Source: Auanema rhodensis (lineage: Eukaryota; Animalia; Nematoda). Taken from it: a stretch of DNA of 64,000 bases. The DNA is taken from positions 9,610,001 to 9,674,000 of the forward strand of contig OZ059894.1 in assembly GCA_964057225.1 (NCBI GenBank), in the 5' to 3' direction. Position 1 is the first letter of the stretch. The number at the start of each line of letters is the position of its first letter. This document shows, in pieces, positions 11,001 to 16,800 of this stretch. The notes beneath the pieces are model-generated. The model was given only the letters and a program-made list of their open reading frames with translations. It made no database searches and was not told where the DNA came from. Made by a program: the position numbers and the translations under genes.

Positions 11001-12876
11001 CCAAAATTTCGACCCAGGCAGGACTCGAACCTGCAATCTTCGGTTTAGGAGACCGACGCCTTATCCATTAGGCCACGGGGCCTCAAATTCCATTTTATTG
11101 TCCATTTCCGTGAATTTTCATCTCTTACGGAAGCTGCAATAGTTTTCATATCATTGGCAACCAAAATTTCGACCCAGGCAGGACTCGAACCTGCAATCTT
11201 CGGTTTAGGAGACCGACGCCTTATCCATTAGGCCACGGGGCCACAAATTCCATTTTATTGTCCATTTCCGTGAATTTTCATCTCTTACGGAAGCTGCAAT
11301 AGTTTTCATATCATTGGCAACCAAAATTTCGACCCAGGCAGGACTCGAACCTGCAATCTTCGGTTTAGGAGACCGACGCCTTGTCCATTAGGCCACGGGG
11401 CCACAAATTCCATTTTATTGTCTATTTCCGCGAATTTTCAACTCTTACGGAAGCTGCATTCGTTTTTATATCAATGACAACCAAAATTTCGACCCAGGCA
11501 GGACTCGAACCTGCAATCTTCGGTTTAGGAGACCGACGCCTTATCCATTAGGCCACGGGGCCACAAATTCTATTTTATTGTCCATTTCCGCGAATTTTCA
11601 ACTCTTACGGAAGCTGCACAGTCTATTTCCGAAGAAGCCATGAAGACATGAATCAGATATCTCATTTTTTAACAATTTTTTTCAGAGCAGCTCAAGTAAA
11701 GTTCTTCTATGATGCTCCTGCCCAACAATGTCGTCAATTCTACTATAGCGGTTGCGACGGAAACGATAATAGATTTGAAACTCTCGAAGATTGTCAATCT
11801 TCGTGCATGCCTCATCAGGTAAGCTATTGTGAAACATTTTAGAAGTTTATGACAGTTTCTAGGCTTTAACACTAGATGAAAGTTTCAATATTGCTGCCGA
11901 TGAAGCTGCAAGGTCTGTTGTTGATGGTGTTGTTACTGGAAGAGCGTTTAGTGATCCACGCATGGACGAAATACAGACATATAGTGCTGAACAGAATGAC
12001 GAAAATCTTCAATTGCTTGATAAAGAAGAACGCATCGTGGTATCTAGGACCGCATTGGTAGAAATAATAATCTGAATACTTTACAGAAACAACGAAAGTC
12101 CAAATCTCATCCTACATCAGCTCTACCTGAACTATGCCAATTACCTGAAGAAAAAGGATCTTGTTACGGTAGCATCTTGAGATGGAGGTATGCTAACAGC
12201 AAATATGAATAATCACGTTTGGATTCAGATATAATCCTGAAACAAGTGCATGTGTGACCTTCCTCTACACTGGATGTGATGGAAATGCTAATCAATTCAC
12301 CAGCTTTGAATCCTGTGAAAGAGCATGCGGAGTAGATCGTGATACGGATGTATGCTCTTTACGTACAGACCCAGGAGATTGTGAAGAGTCTGTGACAAAA
12401 TGGTATTATAACAAACGATTAGGAAGGTGTCAAATGATGTTATACACTGGATGCGGAGGAAATGGAAACAGGTGAAGACTTTCTGTTCTAGAATTATCCA
12501 TCTGACTCAACTGTTTTTATAGATTCTCTTCCCGTGAAGAATGTGATTTGTTGTGTCGAGAAGAACTTTCTTGGGGTGATCAAGTCAACATCTGGTAAGA
12601 GTAAAATGAATTTTTCTCCTATAAATGTTTTATTTTAGCAAAGTCCCCCGATCTTCTGGACCATGCAATGATGCAATCTCGATGTGGTACTTCGATGACA
12701 GTACAGCTGAATGTAAACAATTCACATATTCTGGATGCCGTGGCAATAAGAATAGGTAAAATTGAAGAAATGAAAAACGAAATCTTTAACTTGAATAATA
12801 TTTCAGATTCTTCACCAAGCAAAAATGCGAAAGTAGTTGTGCTCACCTTTCCTCCAGATATGCGAGTTTATTCTAA
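371..12876 (+). CDS. mig-6: Papilin/lacunin (MIG-6), 3' part, long isoform; 5' end outside window
   Basis: Manually spliced GT-AG exons encode TSP1 repeats (WQAGPWSACSEKCG, WTASQWSKCSTECG), many (Y/F)GCCPDG lagrin repeats and 10 Kunitz domains (e.g. CRMNLDAGPC...FTFGGCGGNNNRF). The long form joins 5077 to 5947 and 6109 to 11686 and ends CESSCAHLSSRYASLF* (TAA 12874-12876); AATAAA at 12969. Confidence 0.9.
750..822 (+). tRNA. tRNA-Arg(CCT), solo copy in papilin intron 640-905
   Basis: GGCCCCG TG GCCT AATGGATA AGGC G TCGGT CTCCTAA ACCGA AGATT GCAGG TTCGAGT CCTGC CTGGGTC G: cloverleaf with A and B boxes, anticodon CCT, A20, followed by AAATTTT terminator. Confidence 0.97.
5776..5781 (+). terminator. 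AATAAA poly(A) signal of short papilin isoform
   Basis: AATAAA after a T-rich 3' UTR, downstream of the 5085 stop and before the next acceptor at 5946. Confidence 0.55.
6371..6443 (-). tRNA. tRNA-Arg(CCT) array copy 1
   Basis: Exact reverse complement of 750-822. Confidence 0.95.
6531..6603 (-). tRNA. tRNA-Arg(CCT) array copy 2
   Basis: Identical to consensus. Confidence 0.95.
6691..6763 (-). tRNA. tRNA-Arg(CCT) array copy 3
   Basis: Identical to consensus. Confidence 0.95.
6851..6923 (-). tRNA. tRNA-Arg(CCT) array copy 4
   Basis: Identical to consensus. Confidence 0.95.
7011..7083 (-). tRNA. tRNA-Arg(CCT) array copy 5
   Basis: Identical to consensus. Confidence 0.95.
7171..7243 (-). tRNA. 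tRNA-Arg(CCT) array copy 6
   Basis: Identical to consensus. Confidence 0.95.
7331..7403 (-). tRNA. tRNA-Arg(CCT) array copy 7
   Basis: Identical to consensus. Confidence 0.95.
7491..7563 (-). tRNA. tRNA-Arg(CCT) array copy 8
   Basis: Identical to consensus. Confidence 0.95.
7651..7723 (-). tRNA. tRNA-Arg(CCT) array copy 9
   Basis: Identical to consensus. Confidence 0.95.
7811..7883 (-). tRNA. tRNA-Arg(CCT) array copy 10
   Basis: Identical to consensus. Confidence 0.95.
7971..8043 (-). tRNA. tRNA-Arg(CCT) array copy 11
   Basis: Identical to consensus. Confidence 0.95.
8131..8203 (-). tRNA. tRNA-Arg(CCT) array copy 12
   Basis: Identical to consensus. Confidence 0.95.
8291..8363 (-). tRNA. 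tRNA-Arg(CCT) array copy 13
   Basis: Identical to consensus. Confidence 0.95.
8451..8523 (-). tRNA. tRNA-Arg(CCT) array copy 14
   Basis: Identical to consensus. Confidence 0.95.
8611..8683 (-). tRNA. tRNA-Arg(CCT) array copy 15
   Basis: Identical to consensus. Confidence 0.95.
8771..8843 (-). tRNA. tRNA-Arg(CCT) array copy 16
   Basis: Identical to consensus. Confidence 0.95.
8931..9003 (-). tRNA. tRNA-Arg(CCT) array copy 17
   Basis: Identical to consensus. Confidence 0.95.
9091..9163 (-). tRNA. tRNA-Arg(CCT) array copy 18
   Basis: Identical to consensus. Confidence 0.95.
9251..9323 (-). tRNA. tRNA-Arg(CCT) array copy 19
   Basis: Identical to consensus. Confidence 0.95.
9411..9483 (-). 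tRNA. tRNA-Arg(CCT) array copy 20
   Basis: Identical to consensus. Confidence 0.95.
9571..9643 (-). tRNA. tRNA-Arg(CCT) array copy 21
   Basis: Identical to consensus. Confidence 0.95.
9731..9803 (-). tRNA. tRNA-Arg(CCT) array copy 22
   Basis: Identical to consensus. Confidence 0.95.
9891..9963 (-). tRNA. tRNA-Arg(CCT) array copy 23
   Basis: Identical to consensus. Confidence 0.95.
10051..10123 (-). tRNA. tRNA-Arg(CCT) array copy 24
   Basis: Identical to consensus. Confidence 0.95.
10211..10283 (-). tRNA. tRNA-Arg(CCT) array copy 25
   Basis: Identical to consensus. Confidence 0.95.
10371..10443 (-). tRNA. tRNA-Arg(CCT) array copy 26
   Basis: Identical to consensus. Confidence 0.95.
10531..10603 (-). 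tRNA. tRNA-Arg(CCT) array copy 27 (T-stem variant)
   Basis: T-stem GCAGG>GCGGG, an A-U pair becomes G-U. Confidence 0.92.
10691..10763 (-). tRNA. tRNA-Arg(CCT) array copy 28 (acceptor-stem variant)
   Basis: G2>C breaks an acceptor pair; 5' flank altered with a 1-bp deletion. Confidence 0.8.
10850..10922 (-). tRNA. tRNA-Arg(CCT) array copy 29 (C32>U variant)
   Basis: Anticodon loop TTCCTAA; anticodon unchanged. Confidence 0.9.
11010..11082 (-). tRNA. tRNA-Arg(CCT) array copy 30
   Basis: Identical to consensus. Confidence 0.95.
11170..11242 (-). tRNA. tRNA-Arg(CCT) array copy 31
   Basis: Identical to consensus. Confidence 0.95.
11330..11402 (-). tRNA. tRNA-Arg(CCT) array copy 32 (D-loop variant)
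   Basis: D-loop AATGGATA>AATGGACA. Confidence 0.92.
11490..11562 (-). tRNA. tRNA-Arg(CCT) array copy 33
   Basis: Identical to consensus. Confidence 0.95.
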
Positions 12877-13708
12877 ATTTAAATATAATCATTTCTTGTC
12901 TTGATCTGTACATTTACTATATACCATATTCATTTCACTTTTGTTATTATCATTATACACATTGTTCAAATAAAATAATTTTGTTTTATCTTTAAAATTT
13001 TTCATTTTGACACAATCCCCAAACAGTATCCAACGCAATAATATTTCAATTTATTTAATTTTTAAAGGTATTTCAATTACAAAATCGATAAAGAATAGCA
13101 TTTGTTAAATTTAGTTTACGCAAGTTTCCATTGGAGACTTCATTTTTGTAAATATTTTTCTTCGGAGTCTCCAATTTCACAGTATGAAATATGTATTGTT
13201 TCCCTATTTTCATCAAATACTGCAATGATTGGTCAATAAATATATAAATATATTTATATATGGCAATTTTAATGATAAAATATTAAATTGATTCATAAAA
13301 ATTATTGCCACGTGGGTTACGTGACAAATTAGAATATCTTCCTCATCGGCAACAACAAGTCATTTTTCAAAATGAATATGGTTGAATGGTTGTGTTCTAG
13401 CCAACTAAGTAAATTCTGCAGAATATTACTATATACAAGGTATAATAAATATTTTATTTAAAATTTAAATATTTTTGACAATAATTAAATTAAATTTTAA
13501 ATTTTCATTTATGATCATTTACAAATTAATTGACTATTTCAATTAATTTGGAAAAGGTCCTAAGCGGAAGTAAAATATTTCAACAGCAACCTTATGAGAC
13601 GTTGTAAGCATTACATTTTTTATATATAAAAAACCTGTGTTTTACATCTGTTAGGGAAATATCATTGGTGTATTAATAAATCTTTTTATTTCCCTTTGGT
13701 TCATTACT

Positions 13709-13719
13709 TTTGGCGCCAA
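13709..13719 (+). promoter_or_regulatory. E2F-type motif TTTGGCGC(CAA) upstream of the coiled-coil gene
   Basis: Matches TTTSSCGC, about 100 bp before the TTTTCAG (trans-)splice acceptor at 13818 and the ATG at 13848; a second copy is at 15365. Confidence 0.35.
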
Positions 13720-13847
13720 TATAATAAGATGCACCCTCCTATAGCTAACAGCACACAATATTTTACCTAATACTTTATATGACACATAGTTATAGTATTA
13801 ACAATTGATTTTTTTCAGGTTGGCCTAGCAAATTATTGACAATACTA

Positions 13848-16800
13848 ATGTTGATAGCCCCTAAGGTTATGCAGGAATGTGCGAATTTTGCATCATCGTA
13901 CCTGTAAGATCAATTTATATATTCTCTTCTAGAATTATAGTATTCTAGATCTCCTAAAGTAATGAATACCACGCAATGTCATGACAGTTCTAACTCATCG
14001 ATGGAACGAAGTATTGCCGACCAAAATGAAGGTATTGAACTAGGATTCGACGCATCAGTAGTGGTAACAAATCACAAAGAAAATGATGACGGTTAGTCTA
14101 ATTTTAATTTTGTTATTAGATTTTCCACTAAATCAAAAAGTTCACTTGGCGTGGGAAAACCGCTTGAAGGGATTGAAAAATACCCTGTGGTGATATTTCG
14201 AAGTTCAAATATTATTGATTAAAATTACTCTTATAATGCGATTGAAGTAGGTTTAGTCCAGTTGTAATAAATTGGTTGGGATAGCAATTGGATTTAATCC
14301 GAATTTATTTGAATTTAAGTACGCATTTACACTGTTGGACCTATTTACGTTGGTGTGGTTACTGTTTGGGTTTTTACTAGATACTATATCCATCTCTATT
14401 TTCTTGCCCTGTGAGCTTGTCCTATGAGATGAAAATATGCCTAGACCCTAGACCAGTTGTTCGGATTATCTTGGAGTAAGAACACGGGTTTAAACACTTG
14501 TTCTGAATCAAACTTATATTACTATCACATCCTTTTTGTTAACGTTGGTTCCGACTGAACTTCAAATCCGACGAGCAATTGTATCTTCTATTTATTTGCT
14601 GAATACTTTAATGAAACGTGTGCTTCTGTGTATATCTGCTCGTTCTATTTGCGATAAGGCTTTGTTGCATAGATGAATGTTGAGAGGTTAAGACATAGAT
14701 GATCATTGTTATACTTTGTCAGTCTACGCTTAATCTTGCATTTCTAGCAATTTCCTGTTTTACGTTGTACGTTTGTTTCTCATTCTGTCGATTTCTTGCT
14801 ACTCATCAGTTATATGTATAACGGCACATAACTTGTTGCCCTTTATTTAAAATTCGAAATCTAAGCTTACCTTGTGTTTTCCATGTTGTTTTATTGACTG
14901 AAGATCAACATCTGTGTGAAAGCCATCATTCTGCAATCGACGACTTTTCAAGTTATTGAGTTGCTCTTCTCACGGCTTTAGTCTCTGTCACTGGAATAAT
15001 CTAAGGTTTGGCAATAACGTAGCTAGAGGTCAGTGCCGCCTGTTAGCAATTCATCTTTCACTTTGTGATTCTGCGACCTACCTACGATCTTTATTTGCTC
15101 CCTTGTTTCTACTTAGATATTCATTGAGTCTGTGTTTGCAATTGCTGTTTCGATTATACATCTAGTTCTGTCTCAGTTTCAGATTGCAATTTCATTTTAT
15201 GCTCTTTTCTGACTGCATGTTTCTCATCTGTTTGCTGCTGGATTTTCATTTATTGTAACATCTTCACCTGTTTTCACAGTGTCCTTTACTATCTTTGATA
15301 TTCCGTTTGCTCCATATTGGGCAGCTGCCGTATCTTCAGTTTCCTTTGTTTATCACCCGAACAATTTGGCGCCGTTTTTTCTACTTCATTTTTGCGTCGC
15401 ATTTGTCTTTAGTCTTCGTTTTTTTCTTTACATTTACCATTTTAGTTCATGTCTCCTCATGACCGGGCTTGCTCCGGGTCTATAGGAGAAAAGTTCTTAA
15501 TCCGAAGTGGTAGTGCTCGAGCATCTGTGCGAGAAACCATAAGTCGAGCATTAAAAACAACTCTTGGACTTGGCGAAAAGTCTGGTTCCAACAACCGAGT
15601 TATAGAAAAACACAGTTCACGTGAAAGCTCGGTGCGTACATCGAGTCTTCCACGATCATCTAGCGGCTCGAGTTTGAAAGGAAGTATAGTTTATCCACAG
15701 AGTTCGCACTTACCACCCCGGAGGAAGTCTCATGATGTCATGTCGTCGAGTATGTATGAAAAGTCGCAAGCGCGGTGTCATCATCAATGCAACAGTTTTT
15801 CTACTACCTATATTCCATCTTCTCCTAGCCTCACAACATTGAAAGATTTCGATATGATCGATTATGATGATACGAAATCCAGCATATCTGTGGCATCTAC
15901 TAGTAAAATATTCTCTTCTAATCCAAGGCGCGTGAAGAAACATACTCTTAGGACATTTCTGGACTCACCAGGTTTGAATTTTTCTTCTTTGTCTTTGAAT
16001 TTTCCTTTCTCTTCCTTTCACTGAGGCGTATTGTCGGCGAAACGCCTGTTACTCGATCGACAATAAATTAGTTGTGAAAGGAATGATTAATTCCTTACAA
16101 CGCCTCATTGGGCTCATGGATTTTGTTCTGATCTTTCTCTCGAGGTCCTGATGCATCCCATTATGATAGTCTGACAAATGGATTGTCGTAAATGTTCTAT
16201 TCTAAGTGGCAGCCGCGTTATTCTCTCGAGTGTTCCGTGTTCACCCCTGGTAGAAGTGCTTTTCCCTCCAGCGCTTCTACGCCAGTAGTAGCCATTTTAC
16301 GATTCTCTTAAATCTCGCTGGCTGCAGTCTTGTATGAGTATATTCAAAAAAGGTGAGTATCGTGCTATGATCGCGATCGTCTTTTATGAACATATTTTTG
16401 TTCGGTCTGTTGGACGGTTTATTAGTATAACCACAGGCACACTTGTTGTGTCATGAATACCCTGTAGTTGCTGTACTCAACCTTTGCCCATTACCAGTGA
16501 TTGTTTTGTGGGGGTCATCGTTATAATGTCTGCGCTTCTCTACATATCGTAGTCTTTTTTTGGCTTTAGTTTCTGGCACCTGCATTGCTGACCATTTGTG
16601 GAGTCGGAGACCCGCCCACTAGAACGCGCATCTGGGCTATGGTCTAAGTTTTTAGAAGGATTTTTACTAAGAATACGCTAACATGCTGTGCAGCAATTTG
16701 TTTGGAATCATGTTTCCCGGTGGTTAGTTTCAATTTATTTTTGAATTACCATATATTCATATATAGTATTATTATATTATATTTTGACCTTGTACCAAAC

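Larger units (their letters stand above)
6285..11618 (-). repeat. Tandem tDNA array: 33 x 160-bp unit (73-bp tRNA-Arg(CCT) + 87-bp spacer), bounded by spacer sequence
   Basis: tRNA reverse complements start at 6371+160n (n=0-27), then at 10850+160n after a 1-bp deletion, with the last at 11490. The array lies in papilin intron 6110-11685. Confidence 0.98.

Noticed and set aside
6371-11562. tRNA-derived SINEs, suppressor tRNA or nematode V-arm (nev) tRNA recoding AGG
   Set aside because: Copies are full-length canonical tRNAs with no tails or target-site duplications. The variable loop is short (AGATT), and Arg identity elements (A20, C35, G73) fit the CCT anticodon.
6285-11618. CRISPR-like repeat-spacer array
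   Set aside because: Spacers are near-identical to each other rather than unique, the repeat is a full tRNA, the context is eukaryotic and there are no cas genes.
6285-11618. Pure assembly or PCR artefact
   Set aside because: Units carry recurrent, distinct spacer haplotypes, and the flanking Kunitz exon halves join in frame. The exact copy number still needs read support.
16019-16110. Hammerhead ribozyme or H/ACA snoRNA identity for the three-way fold
   Set aside because: There is no CUGANGA core. AAATTA and ACA are present, but the hairpins are too short and lack pseudouridylation pockets.
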